A stretch of 64,000 nucleotides of DNA from Methanobacteriota archaeon (GCA_002715725.1 PAZU01000004.1:18580-82579), one strand, 5' to 3'; shown: positions 29,280-39,373, counted from the stretch's first letter. Numbers and translations: made by a program. Notes: generated by a model not told the origin, from the sequence alone.

Positions 29280-29346
29280 ACCAAATCCTCCAACCGGACA
29301 TATTCAGCCATTGTCGACCGCATATAATCATTGAGATAGTTCACTT

Positions 29347-29412
29347 CTTCCCCTTCATTTCCACTGGAATTAAAACGCATCATTCAACCTCCATTGGCTT
29401 CCATTGGAATAC
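29347..29412. promoter_or_regulatory. ORB/mini-ORB-like dyad repeats in the divergent mcm / esterase intergenic region
   Basis: Minus-strand reading AATTCCAGTGGAAATGAAGGGGAAG (dyad TTCCAGTGGAA plus G-string), followed by two degenerate copies of TTCCATTGG(AAT) in direct orientation. Confidence 0.4.
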
Positions 29413-29449
29413 CGCCAAGCACATTTCCTTGAAGCCCATCGCCGGTATC

Positions 29450-30409
29450 ATGCCCGAGCACTCTTTTGAACCCATCAGAGGATTTTTCGACAGATTTTCA
29501 TTTTCTTCAACAAATCTTGAAAACCAGCTTGGAGACCCCATTGAGAGAGAAGTTGTTGTACATATTCCTCCGAATACTGAAGGTCCAATGCCTTGCATCA
29601 TTTATCTTGCTCCTTTTACAGGAACTGGTTTTGCTAGAGCCAATTGGAAAGCATTTGCTGAAACACTCCCTCAACGTCATGAGAGGCTGGTAAAGGATGG
29701 GAAGATGCCCCCTAGTATTCTTGTAATGCCAGATACATTCACCAGCCTAGGTGGAAATCAATTCATTGATTCAGAGATCATGGGTAAGTGGGGCAGTTGG
29801 TTGAAAGATGACTTGCGTTCTGAACTTGATTCTCGTTATGACATCAGTGGATTTGGCCTGGTAGGGAAATCTAGTGGAGGTTATGGCGCTCTAGTTAGAG
29901 GCATGCTCGATGATTGTTGGAGTGCGGTTGCTTGCCACTCAGGTGATTGTGGATTTGAATTGTTATTTGGAATCGAAATGGCGACTACTCTTACTGAAAT
30001 TATGCCTCATGGAGGAGTAGAACAATTCTTACAGTACGTCAGGAAATCTCCTTCTTTGAAAGGTGATGACTTCCACACTTTGATGATGTTAGCCATGGCA
30101 GCAACATATAGCGATGGTACCCTCCCGGTTAATGAAAATTGCAAATTCATTGATGACAAATGGGCAGAATGGAAATCATGGGACCCGCTAACAATGATTG
30201 AGATTCATCAAAATCTACCTCCTTGCTGGATAGATGTCGGTGATAGCGACCAATACAATATCCAATACGGATTGAGACAACTCCACAAGAGAATGGCTGA
30301 ATTAGAAATTAAGCATGAATGGGAGGAATTTCCGGGAACCCATAGTGGAATTGACCACAGATTAGATCTGTCATTACCGTGGATTGCTTCTCAAATTTGC
30401 AACGATTGA
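29450..30409 (+). CDS. Putative esterase (esterase D / enterochelin-esterase fold)
   Basis: GFGLVGKSSGGYGAL nucleophile elbow. First ATG after the divergent mcm start. The track ORF from 29123 is an artefactual N-terminal extension overlapping mcm. Confidence 0.7.
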   Translation: MPEHSFEPIRGFFDRFSFSSTNLENQLGDPIEREVVVHIPPNTEGPMPCIIYLAPFTGTGFARANWKAFAETLPQRHERLVKDGKMPPSILVMPDTFTSLGGNQFIDSEIMGKWGSWLKDDLRSELDSRYDISGFGLVGKSSGGYGALVRGMLDDCWSAVACHSGDCGFELLFGIEMATTLTEIMPHGGVEQFLQYVRKSPSLKGDDFHTLMMLAMAATYSDGTLPVNENCKFIDDKWAEWKSWDPLTMIEIHQNLPPCWIDVGDSDQYNIQYGLRQLHKRMAELEIKHEWEEFPGTHSGIDHRLDLSLPWIASQICND

Positions 30410-30439
30410 GTTAATGAGTTTAGCAGGGGTGGACGTGCC

Positions 30440-31534
30440 ATGGCAGAAGGTCTAGACTATGCTGGAAGCGGCGTAGATATTGATCTTGAAGGGAGTGCGG
30501 TTGGCGCCTTGGTTGGCGCACTGTCTCTCTCTGTAAGAAAGCCAGGAACACCGGGCGCTCCGGTCGATTTGCCAGGGGGTTTTGGCGGCCTTGTCGAATT
30601 CGGCGACAATTATCTTGCATTGGCTACTGATGGAGTTGGCTCAAAATTGTCAATCGCAACCAAATTAGGACAGTGGTCTGGTGTTGGAATTGATTGCATG
30701 GCGATGAATGTTAATGATTTATTGTGCGTGGGAGCAGAGCCAATTGCATTCGTTGATTACATTGCAGTCCCTAAACCGGACCCTGAGATTCACGCCGCTC
30801 TAGGAGCCAGCCTAGCCGAGGCCTGTAGAAGGGCTAGAGTTACACTAGCAGGTGGAGAAACTGCTAGTCTCCCCGGTATTGTTACTGAATTGGATCTATC
30901 CGGTACCGCACTAGGTTGGCTAGAGAAAGGTGCAGAAATTACTGGCGCTAATCTCAAAGAAGGTGACATTCTGATTGGCCTTCCATCTTCTGGTGTGCAT
31001 TCAAACGGATACTCCCTTGTCAGAAATGTTGTTTCGCATTGTAACGCAGATTGGAATGACTCTGCTCCTTTTTCTGTTAATGAAAACAGAATTGAGAGAT
31101 TTGCTGAAGGTGATGTGACTCTGGGTGAAGTCTTCCTTAACCCGACTAGAATATACTGCGATCCTGTTGTGGATTTGATCCAAGACGGGCCATGTGCTTC
31201 CAGTGCTATTCATGCAATATGTCATGTAACAGGGGGAGGGTTGTCAAATCTGCTTCGTTTACATGACTCCTTAGGATGGCACATTAGTAATCCACTACCC
31301 GTCCTACCAGAGTTTGATTGGATTCAAGAAAACGGCAATATCGATGATAGAGAAATGTATCGAACCTTCAACATGGGTTGTGGAATGATTCTAGCTGTAG
31401 ATTCTAGTGTCGCACATACGGTTTGTGATTGGCTCGCGGAAAGAATGGATGGATGTTCGATAATCGGTTCCGTAGTTGATAATGGACGTAAGGTGACTCA
31501 TTCGAATCCTGAAGTTGTCTTTGAACACTATTGA
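30440..31534 (+). CDS. purM: Phosphoribosylformylglycinamidine cyclo-ligase (AIR synthetase, PurM family)
   Basis: GVDIDLEGSAV...GGFGGLVEF...ALATDGVGSKLSIA...GIDCMAMNVNDLLCVGAEPIAFVDYIA matches the PurM N-domain. Confidence 0.75.
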   Translation: MAEGLDYAGSGVDIDLEGSAVGALVGALSLSVRKPGTPGAPVDLPGGFGGLVEFGDNYLALATDGVGSKLSIATKLGQWSGVGIDCMAMNVNDLLCVGAEPIAFVDYIAVPKPDPEIHAALGASLAEACRRARVTLAGGETASLPGIVTELDLSGTALGWLEKGAEITGANLKEGDILIGLPSSGVHSNGYSLVRNVVSHCNADWNDSAPFSVNENRIERFAEGDVTLGEVFLNPTRIYCDPVVDLIQDGPCASSAIHAICHVTGGGLSNLLRLHDSLGWHISNPLPVLPEFDWIQENGNIDDREMYRTFNMGCGMILAVDSSVAHTVCDWLAERMDGCSIIGSVVDNGRKVTHSNPEVVFEHY

Positions 31535-31543
31535 GGGACAAAT

Positions 31544-32830
31544 ATGCAACCAGAAGGCTGGCCCGGTCATATCTGGTTAGAGGGTAGAACTTCTGTCCAT
31601 TTGAAGAATCATCAAACTCGCCCTTCACACATGCCTCGGGGCCCAGCCGCAAAAACTGGGGAAGGTTTTCTCAATCCTGCAATGGCTCCCGCAAGAACTC
31701 GCTCAGTGATGCTTCTCGCAGATGCTTTGGAAAATGAATGGTTAGTTCCCGAAGGTAAAGACGTCAGGGTCTTAGATGCATTATGTGCTACTGGAGTAAG
31801 ACCGAGAAGATGGAGAAAAGAAGTCCCTGAACAAGCAAGGTTACGAATTACTGCTAACGACCTTGATTCTGATGCATTAGCATGGGGCATGAAATCTCAT
31901 GAGACCCACCCGATTAAAGACGGCGTAACATGGATTCCTGAGCCGAGTAGATTTGAGGCGAAGCCTGAAGAAACTGTTGAAGATGGAATTCAATGGATAA
32001 ATGGAGATGCGAAGAAAATGATGGTCGAAGCACCATTCCAATGGATTGATTTGGATCCTTTCGGCTCTCCTGTATCTTTCCTAGATTCAGCCGTCCAATC
32101 TATCTCAAGAATCGGAGTGCTTGAGGTGACAGCTACCGATACCGCCGCTCTTTGCGGTTCAGCAAAAACTAGTGCTGCAAGGCGATATGGTTCAATCGGA
32201 ATTACGGATGCATACATGCATGATGATGCTACTCGAATTTTACTAGGTGTAATCGCAAGGACTGCAGCCATGCACGACAAGGCGATGTATCCTATTCTCT
32301 CACTATTTGATGGACATCACGTGCGAGTTAGTGTTCTATTGAAACGTTCCAAGGAAGTTGCCTCTAACTGGAGTGAACAAATAGGATATCGAATCAGGTC
32401 TGAACCGTACCATTTCGCATCTCACCCATCGGGTGAATTCTCGGGACCAATGTGGACTGGCCCAATATTCGATGCTGATATCGCTGGAAGGATGACTGTT
32501 GAAAGAGCGATTGAATTGTGCGCAGGTCGAGAAGAAGATTACCCTGACGACTGGACAGAACTCGACATAGAACACTCTCAAAGAGAAATTGAAAGAAGCG
32601 TTAGACATATCTCTGAATCTGCAGATTTACTTTCTGGAGAGCACCTATTGGTAGCGATTGATGCATTAGGAATTGCCGCTGGAGTTGGACAGATTCCTTC
32701 GATGAAGAAACTAAAATCTGGACTAGAAGGTAGAGGATTTAGAATGGCAAGATGTCAGATGCCCGAACCAATGTTTGCTACTGATGCTGATTGGGAAACA
32801 ATCCTCGAAGTCACAAGATTAGCCGAATGA
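31544..32830 (+). CDS. trm1: tRNA (guanine26-N2)-dimethyltransferase Trm1
   Basis: VLDALCATGVRPRRW, ITANDLDSDA, WIDLDPFGSPVSFLDSAV, LEVTATDTAALCG are all Trm1 signature blocks. Confidence 0.85.
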   Translation: MQPEGWPGHIWLEGRTSVHLKNHQTRPSHMPRGPAAKTGEGFLNPAMAPARTRSVMLLADALENEWLVPEGKDVRVLDALCATGVRPRRWRKEVPEQARLRITANDLDSDALAWGMKSHETHPIKDGVTWIPEPSRFEAKPEETVEDGIQWINGDAKKMMVEAPFQWIDLDPFGSPVSFLDSAVQSISRIGVLEVTATDTAALCGSAKTSAARRYGSIGITDAYMHDDATRILLGVIARTAAMHDKAMYPILSLFDGHHVRVSVLLKRSKEVASNWSEQIGYRIRSEPYHFASHPSGEFSGPMWTGPIFDADIAGRMTVERAIELCAGREEDYPDDWTELDIEHSQREIERSVRHISESADLLSGEHLLVAIDALGIAAGVGQIPSMKKLKSGLEGRGFRMARCQMPEPMFATDADWETILEVTRLAE

Positions 32831-33589
32831 TGGGTCAATTTCATCATCCGGTGCTGGCAACATTGTTTGTGAATTCTCGAAAACTTCGCGCACGCTATCC
32901 TCGATTTTTCTTGCATCCTCAAGAAGTGATGATAATGGAATATCAATACCTGTCAAATCTGAAACTGCTTCCACAGCCAATGCTGCAGCTCTGGCATCTG
33001 GGTACATAGGATTACAATCTGCTAATATTGCGGTTACATCTAATCCAAGGCGGTCGCCTTCTGCAATCAAATATCCTGCAATTCCGGCAACAATACCTTG
33101 TCTAACCGGTTCGATTCCGGACTTCTTCAATTTGTCACGCCCGGCAGGAGATGAACTCACACCATACAGGGAGTCATCCCTGTCATCCATATTTTCTCTA
33201 GCGACTCCATCGATAATAATCAGTTGATCAAAACCGCCCTTGGTAAACCATTCTAGTACTGTGTTAGCGAATAACACATCGCGTTCAGGGCCGAATCTAA
33301 CTTCGGCCGTGAAAACTCCTACTCCGCCTCCTTGGTAAACCCTAACAGGATGCTTAGGGACTTCGTGATGGACTAAAGCCATAGCAGGGAATTCAGAATT
33401 CAAAACAGTCCCTAGTTGATTGAGTTTCAGTTGACTAATCACATGAGATGCAGCAATCACTCCAACCATTCCTACCGTAGAAAATCCACAAATTGCGACC
33501 CCACTAGTCGTAGGATCTGCATCCTTGTGCAGCACTAAGTCGTAAGTTGCTTGGCCCGCCATATTTGCGCCTCCTATTGCCTCATTCAA
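32819..33589 (-). CDS. PAC2-family protein (proteasome assembly chaperone-like, COG1938)
   Basis: ICGFSTVGMVGVIAASHVISQL...FPAMALV pattern typical of the archaeal PAC2 family; about 250 aa. Confidence 0.6.
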   Translation of the reverse strand: MNEAIGGANMAGQATYDLVLHKDADPTTSGVAICGFSTVGMVGVIAASHVISQLKLNQLGTVLNSEFPAMALVHHEVPKHPVRVYQGGGVGVFTAEVRFGPERDVLFANTVLEWFTKGGFDQLIIIDGVARENMDDRDDSLYGVSSSPAGRDKLKKSGIEPVRQGIVAGIAGYLIAEGDRLGLDVTAILADCNPMYPDARAAALAVEAVSDLTGIDIPLSSLLEDARKIEDSVREVFENSQTMLPAPDDEIDPSFG

Positions 33590-33602
33590 AGGTATTACGA
33601 AA

Positions 33603-36600
33603 TCATTCTACGAATTCGGACCAGTCTTCATCGCCAGGATCTCTGAACCACCAAACTCCAATTTCATCCTCGTACCATTCTGTGCCATGCTCATCAACTG
33701 TAATTCCAGAGTCGTCCTCTGAGTCGTCCTCATAATGAGTTTCTGCATCTTCTTCCGGTTGCTCTTCTTCGTATTCCTCGTATTCATCTTCTTCATCGAA
33801 ATCGGAGATGATATCCGGCCTATCTGGGGAGTCGTCAACGATTGTCTTGTCTTCGAACTCATCTAATGCAACACCTACAGGAAGTGGTTTCGACACCCTT
33901 CCAGAATCTTCAACCTCGGGCTCGAAATCCAAGTCGTCTTCTTCCCAATCATCCATATCGCTATTCCTAATTCTCAAGACAATGAAAATCACTAATCCTA
34001 ATACTGCGACTCCGCCAAGACCTGCTACAATCATCATAGTGTTTCCAGATGATGAGTCGGTTGGAGTGTTTTTGGTTTGGTTTGTATTATTATCATCTGA
34101 TGGAGGTACGACCACTGGGTCTTCTCCCTTCAATGTCCATTGAACATCGAAAGTAAGAGGCTTGTCTCCGGGACTGGTATAATCGGTTGGTCCTTGTCTC
34201 AAATCGATTTGTATCAAACCGCTTAACAAACCGTTTTCAGATAAGTTTTGAAGTATTTCAACTCGAATTTCGATAGAATTTGCTTCAGAATCAGCCAATG
34301 TAAACTCGCTCTGTCCTGCAGTTGGTTCAAACAGAATGAAATCATCCCACTGTGACCAACCATCAGCTTCCAATGAAACATCGATTGTGTAGTTGTTCGG
34401 ATTCGAGATTACACAATCGAATTCTTGGTCGATGGATGGATCAATAACTATTTGTCCACAATCCAAAGTTACATCCAACATAGTTTCTGGAGTCCAAGGA
34501 GTAACGACTGTTTGATTATCTTCTGTGTCATTTTCTTCAGTTAAACTACCATACAAAACCAAGGGTATCTCTAATGAATTCGTACCCGCGTCTATCCATG
34601 TCGGACTTGTAAGATTGACAAACAATGTACCTGGTTCGGAGAATGTAACTATGAATTGCTTGAAGCCGTTACTAATTACCTCACTACCAGAATTCGATGT
34701 GCCGGTTGTATTATTGTAAGCAGTCCACGTAAATGATGCTCCTTCAAGCATCGGTTGTTGGTCTTGATAAAGAGCAACTAAATCCACCCTTACACTAGTT
34801 TCATTCTCCCAATCTAGTTCATACACAGATTCAGATGCGTCAAAGTTTGCACCAACAGTTACCGTAGTGGTTGCAGAAGTAGATGCTGCTGCAATAGGTC
34901 TGTTTTGTTCGTCACCAGCATCTCCACTGTAATTAGCCCAGAATGTCACTTCACCGCCAATGTCACCAGCAAAGGACACTAATTCTGAGAAGTCAGACAA
35001 GTTGATTGAATTCCAATCGTTCGCTATAAGATAGGAGCCTGTACTGGTTTCCATCGAGATTGTTATGGCTCCTGGAGGAGTTGTCGGGACGCCTTCAACT
35101 TCGGCTGTAACGCCCAAATTGAAAGGAGCTCCGAGTGAAGTCTCGGAACTAACATCAAGTTGAAGATTGACGGCTGAAGGGTCGTCGTTTCGAGGGTAAG
35201 CAGGCCCTACTGAAGTGACTGCAGTGGTTTTGTTTCCATATTGATCAACGGCGACAACTGATGCCCAATATTCTTCACCGTCAGTCAGATTAGAAATCAA
35301 TGTTGAATTAAGAGATGCTGAAACATTCATTATAGGATTCAGTCCAGAAATACTTGTGAATTCTGAAGTTTCGAGATATACTTCATAATTGGTAAATTCA
35401 TCTTGAGTATGATTCCAAGAGAACACCAATTCTCCTCCTTGGTCTGACTCCACATCTTCAAGTTTCAAGCCCGATATAGCGCTCGGAGGAGAAGGGTATG
35501 GGACTGTTACCTGTAATACATTGGATAGGTTTGAAGCAATTCCAAAGGTGTGAACTGAACGAACTAGATACCAATATGTAGACCCAACAGTAATGTTTGA
35601 ATCTGTACTTTGGTTATCTCTGGTTGAATTGTATACATTGATCAAGTCAACAGTTGCATTTGCAGATTCTAATCTAAAAATTTCAAACTCAACAAAATCT
35701 AATCCAAATTCAACCGGGTCATTCCAAGCGATTGAAATCAGTTCCGATGTCGCTGATTCCAAAGTCAAAGTAGGGGTAATCGGTAAGGACAAGTTTGGAG
35801 CGCCTGGGACATGGTTTGCTGCTATGTTAGTCAGCGATATGACTCCGGCTTTTGATGAGTTAACTGGTATACTTATGGTATAATTTCCAGTACCTGCAGT
35901 CATTCCTTGATTGAGAACATTTGTCAAATTGCCTGAAACATGAGGGTTAGGGTTCACATAAAAAGTACAATCATATCCAATATCCATATTGGTGAAATTA
36001 AAATCTCCGTCCCCGGTTGTTTTCATATTCATCGAATAATTTACCATAGAAATTCCAAAACCATCGACTGTTGTAGGTTGATTAGAAATCAAAACAGATA
36101 GGTCGTCCTTGATTCCATTCATATCGTCAATCATTGTTAATGGATCCAGTCCATTAGAAGAGTCACCTGCATAACCATTCCTACTCATCTCTATGTTGCT
36201 ATCTCCATCGGCATCTAACTCAATGCTATGCCAACCGCCGATGAACACTCCTCGAGAAGATTCCCCAGCCGCTACTACATGCTCAAGTACACCATCACCA
36301 TCCAGATCCATCGTAATTATCGATTTAGGAACAGACCAAGGTTCTAATTCGAGTGTCGATACTGCGCTTACATTAGTTGCGTTAATTGTTCTCAATGTAA
36401 TATTGCCTTCAATTGTAGAAGCAACGCCATCTGAGACTCCGGAATTTGGACTCATTAAATCTAAGTCTCCATCATTATCAAAATCAGCAATTGTTGAATT
36501 GAGTAAATCGATTTGCCCTTGGAATGAGGTTAGGTCCCATTTGCTTCCATCATTAATTCTGAATGCGTATCCTTGGTCGTTAAGTCCAACCATATCGATA

Positions 36601-37781
36601 TCGCCGTCACCATCTAAATCAGAAAGTATCTCACCCTGTCTAATATCATCGAACTTTGTTATTGGCCCCCCCCACATACCATTGAAATCTTGCCAAAGAG
36701 TCCAATGGCCTGTTTGGTCCATTATTAGAGCAGAAATATTCCCCGTGCCAAAGAAGTCGTCAACATATAGTGTTGACAAGCCCGCAGGCATACCTGCTGA
36801 GCCATTCATAGAAACAGACTGGTTGGAAACATAATTCAATCCAGTGGAGTTATTCCATGATTGATATGAGAGCATTCCTCCAGAATTTATCGATATTATT
36901 TCCGCCACTCCATCGGAATTTATGTCTCCTAATTCTGCGCTAATCAAGCCATTAGTAACTGATGAATTCTGTATCGGATCGTACGAAGAACCGTTAGCCA
37001 TGTGGACACATGCCATTCCAGAATTATGTGCAAATGCAACAATATCATCATCTCCATCTCCATTAATATCGCCAACAGAAATTGATGAGGCGTTATCACA
37101 AGTTTGAATTGGAGTTGAGGTGGTTATTCCACTACTTGGATTCCAATCTGCCCAAATTATTGATGTCGAAAAATTCGACTGAATGTTTGACAGGAATACC
37201 GGTTCCAGATTTCCATCGTTATCATGGTCTGACTCGATGACTTCCTGATATTCACCTATCGCATAAAATCCGCCTCCGGCTTGCGGAGAGAAACTAACGT
37301 TCAGATTAGAGGATTGAAGAACCGCTGAAGAAGGTAGCATTATCCCGGGTGCAGAAGATGTTCCTGAGTTAACACTAGAAACATACCAATCATTACCATC
37401 ATAGAATTGATTTTGATGACCGATATCTCCGTAACCTGGGCTTGCAAATTCCCATTCAAAGACTCCATCTTCATCAAAATCAATCCACACCTGCCCCGGA
37501 CTGGTATAACTTTCATCGACGCCAATCTCGAAACTAGCTGTTGTAAATGTCACATTTCTGGGAGCGTCTATCGATGCAGATGAGTTCGTAACGCCGCCTT
37601 GCAGTGCAACATCCACGGTTGCCAAGCCGCCGCTAAATGTATTGATAGTAGTAGATTCGCCAGACGCAGTGACAAGTCCAATTGGGATACATGAGCCAAC
37701 CAACAAAAGCATAACCAAAACAGGGGAATAGCGACGCATAATACCACCCGGGGGGTTTGAATGAACCTGTCGCCCCTTCAA
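33603..37781 (-). CDS. Giant (1392 aa) surface protein: signal peptide, FG-GAP/integrin-alpha-like beta-propeller repeats, Ig/FN3-like domains, single C-terminal TM and a long acidic cytoplasmic tail
   Basis: Repeats GDINGDGDDDIVAF, GDINSDGVAEIISIN, DLDGDGDIDMVGLN, DFDNDGDLDLMSPN. TM MMIVAGLGGVAVLGLVIFIVLRIR followed by a D/E-rich tail. Probable start at the internal MRRYSPVLVMLLLVG. Confidence 0.75.
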   Translation of the reverse strand: MKGRQVHSNPPGGIMRRYSPVLVMLLLVGSCIPIGLVTASGESTTINTFSGGLATVDVALQGGVTNSSASIDAPRNVTFTTASFEIGVDESYTSPGQVWIDFDEDGVFEWEFASPGYGDIGHQNQFYDGNDWYVSSVNSGTSSAPGIMLPSSAVLQSSNLNVSFSPQAGGGFYAIGEYQEVIESDHDNDGNLEPVFLSNIQSNFSTSIIWADWNPSSGITTSTPIQTCDNASSISVGDINGDGDDDIVAFAHNSGMACVHMANGSSYDPIQNSSVTNGLISAELGDINSDGVAEIISINSGGMLSYQSWNNSTGLNYVSNQSVSMNGSAGMPAGLSTLYVDDFFGTGNISALIMDQTGHWTLWQDFNGMWGGPITKFDDIRQGEILSDLDGDGDIDMVGLNDQGYAFRINDGSKWDLTSFQGQIDLLNSTIADFDNDGDLDLMSPNSGVSDGVASTIEGNITLRTINATNVSAVSTLELEPWSVPKSIITMDLDGDGVLEHVVAAGESSRGVFIGGWHSIELDADGDSNIEMSRNGYAGDSSNGLDPLTMIDDMNGIKDDLSVLISNQPTTVDGFGISMVNYSMNMKTTGDGDFNFTNMDIGYDCTFYVNPNPHVSGNLTNVLNQGMTAGTGNYTISIPVNSSKAGVISLTNIAANHVPGAPNLSLPITPTLTLESATSELISIAWNDPVEFGLDFVEFEIFRLESANATVDLINVYNSTRDNQSTDSNITVGSTYWYLVRSVHTFGIASNLSNVLQVTVPYPSPPSAISGLKLEDVESDQGGELVFSWNHTQDEFTNYEVYLETSEFTSISGLNPIMNVSASLNSTLISNLTDGEEYWASVVAVDQYGNKTTAVTSVGPAYPRNDDPSAVNLQLDVSSETSLGAPFNLGVTAEVEGVPTTPPGAITISMETSTGSYLIANDWNSINLSDFSELVSFAGDIGGEVTFWANYSGDAGDEQNRPIAAASTSATTTVTVGANFDASESVYELDWENETSVRVDLVALYQDQQPMLEGASFTWTAYNNTTGTSNSGSEVISNGFKQFIVTFSEPGTLFVNLTSPTWIDAGTNSLEIPLVLYGSLTEENDTEDNQTVVTPWTPETMLDVTLDCGQIVIDPSIDQEFDCVISNPNNYTIDVSLEADGWSQWDDFILFEPTAGQSEFTLADSEANSIEIRVEILQNLSENGLLSGLIQIDLRQGPTDYTSPGDKPLTFDVQWTLKGEDPVVVPPSDDNNTNQTKNTPTDSSSGNTMMIVAGLGGVAVLGLVIFIVLRIRNSDMDDWEEDDLDFEPEVEDSGRVSKPLPVGVALDEFEDKTIVDDSPDRPDIISDFDEEDEYEEYEEEQPEEDAETHYEDDSEDDSGITVDEHGTEWYEDEIGVWWFRDPGDEDWSEFVE

Positions 37782-38001
37782 GTGTCTTATCCTAAATTGC
37801 GGATTTTCAATAGCGATTTCCGTGAAAGAGTTTGATTTCCGTCGTGTTATTTATTTGAGTGGTTTAAATATCACTGATTATTGGCCTAAACAGGCCTTTA
37901 ATACAAACATTCACTTGGCTATAGTTGCATTCAAATCGCAAAAACGAACTAATGTAATAGTTATCAATGAATGCAAAGTCGCCGAAAATGGAGGGTCAAA
38001 A

Positions 38002-38502
38002 ATGGATGATGAAGCAAGAGTATTGATTAGAGCCGGAAATGTTGAAATCGATCTTTCAGGAGCACAAACAAGCGTTGACGAACGCCTGACTAAAGTAAGA
38101 GAAGATGACACTTGGTCAATCGCTCTTTCCAGAATCCGTAATGCTCGAGAGCGTGCTATTGAAGCAGCCGTAGAAGCTGCGAGAGAAGCCGGCCTTCCAG
38201 AGCGAGGCTCCGCATTCCGTGCGCTGATAGAAAACTGTAGCCTGATTCGTAAACCGGACCAAGTACTCGGCGCAATTCAATATCTGCGAGATGTAGAAGG
38301 TGTGAATGACAGTCCCCCTAGAGTCATAGACCAATTATTCGAAGATGCGGGATTAGAACCTCCTGGTAACCTCTCACTGTATCTAAACAGATTACGCGAA
38401 CGAGGTTTCTTGGTGACTCCGCCCTCTGCTAAAGAGAAGAATCGTTATGCAATTCTGACTCCTGAAGGAAGAGCGCATTTGGATAAGCGCAGCCGATATT
38501 GA
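38002..38502 (+). CDS. Small winged-helix-like DNA-binding protein (putative regulator)
   Basis: C-terminus LYLNRLRERGFLVTPPSAKEKNRYAILTPEGRAHLDK resembles a wHTH recognition helix plus wing. Start chosen at MDDEARV; the track ORF from 37822 runs into the AT-rich promoter region. Confidence 0.5.
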   Translation: MDDEARVLIRAGNVEIDLSGAQTSVDERLTKVREDDTWSIALSRIRNARERAIEAAVEAAREAGLPERGSAFRALIENCSLIRKPDQVLGAIQYLRDVEGVNDSPPRVIDQLFEDAGLEPPGNLSLYLNRLRERGFLVTPPSAKEKNRYAILTPEGRAHLDKRSRY

Positions 38503-38511
38503 GGTGCTAAT

Positions 38512-38934
38512 ATGGTAATGTCGGGCAGTAGTACCGACAACGAAGAGTTACCTCTGGATTGGTCATTTCAAAACCACGCTGGTGAATTACTAAGAAGAGG
38601 AAATCACCCTCGCTCGAACTTTAGACGATCTATTCTTGATAATGCTGATTTAACCGAGGGTAATTTCGTTGATTCAAATTTTAAACGCGCTTCAATGGTT
38701 GAAGCCGATCTGATGAAATCTGCATTTGATAATTGCGATTTCAGCGGAGCAGATTTACGCAAGGCCCGTCTGAACCTTTCCAATTTCAGAAATTGTTCCT
38801 TCGAAGGAGCAGACATTAGAGGAATTCGAGGCCGTTATGCTATTTGGCAGGGAACCGATTGGTGGAACGCTAAATTAGATGATGACCTTGCTAAAGTTTT
38901 AGCAAAAAAATGGCCCAAGCCCGAGGATGCTTGA
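38512..38934 (+). CDS. Pentapeptide-repeat protein
   Basis: Tandem A(D/N)LxxA(D/N)L-type pentapeptides: NADLTEGNFVDSNFKRASMVEADLMKSAFDNCDFSGADLRKARLNLSNFRNCSFEGADIRG. Confidence 0.8.
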   Translation: MVMSGSSTDNEELPLDWSFQNHAGELLRRGNHPRSNFRRSILDNADLTEGNFVDSNFKRASMVEADLMKSAFDNCDFSGADLRKARLNLSNFRNCSFEGADIRGIRGRYAIWQGTDWWNAKLDDDLAKVLAKKWPKPEDA

Positions 38935-38959
38935 AGAAGTATAGCCTCCACGGAAGTTC

Positions 38960-39373
38960 ATGGCTGTTCGTCTATCTCGACGTGTGGACTTTCCAATGCT
39001 TGACATGGCGGGCATTGCCTTCTATCCGAGGATTTACGATTTAGCTCATCGATTCTTTGAAGAATCGTGGGAAGTGATGTGTGGATTTGACTATCCCCAT
39101 ATACTTCAAGAAATGAAGATTGGATTTCCAGTCGTTGACATAAAATCAGAATTTCATTCTCCATTTAGATATGGAGATACGGTTAACGCGACGATTTGGA
39201 TTTCGAAGGTTGGAGTGAAATCCTGCACTTGGCAATACAGATTCCATAATCAAAATGATGAGTTGTTGTGGTCTAGTGAACAGGTTACTGTTTGTGTCAG
39301 TATGACAAATATGGAATCATTACCAATTCCCGCTGAATTGCGCACTGGTTTGGAGGCATGTACAAATGAATGA
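38960..39373 (+). CDS. Hot-dog fold acyl-CoA thioesterase (4HBT/YbgC-like)
   Basis: Length and pattern DMAGIAFYPRIYDLAHRFFEESW...VVDIKSEFHSPFRYGDTV match the 4HBT thioesterase family. Confidence 0.65.
   Translation: MAVRLSRRVDFPMLDMAGIAFYPRIYDLAHRFFEESWEVMCGFDYPHILQEMKIGFPVVDIKSEFHSPFRYGDTVNATIWISKVGVKSCTWQYRFHNQNDELLWSSEQVTVCVSMTNMESLPIPAELRTGLEACTNE

Noticed and set aside
29123-29449. 5' extension of the esterase ORF overlapping the mcm coding region
   Set aside because: It would overlap the divergent mcm gene by about 150 nt on the opposite strand. The first ATG after the mcm start, at 29450, gives a normal-length esterase. The same reasoning applies to 52566-52664 (ABC transporter), 45051-45212 (PAC2-like) and 37822-38001 (wHTH protein).
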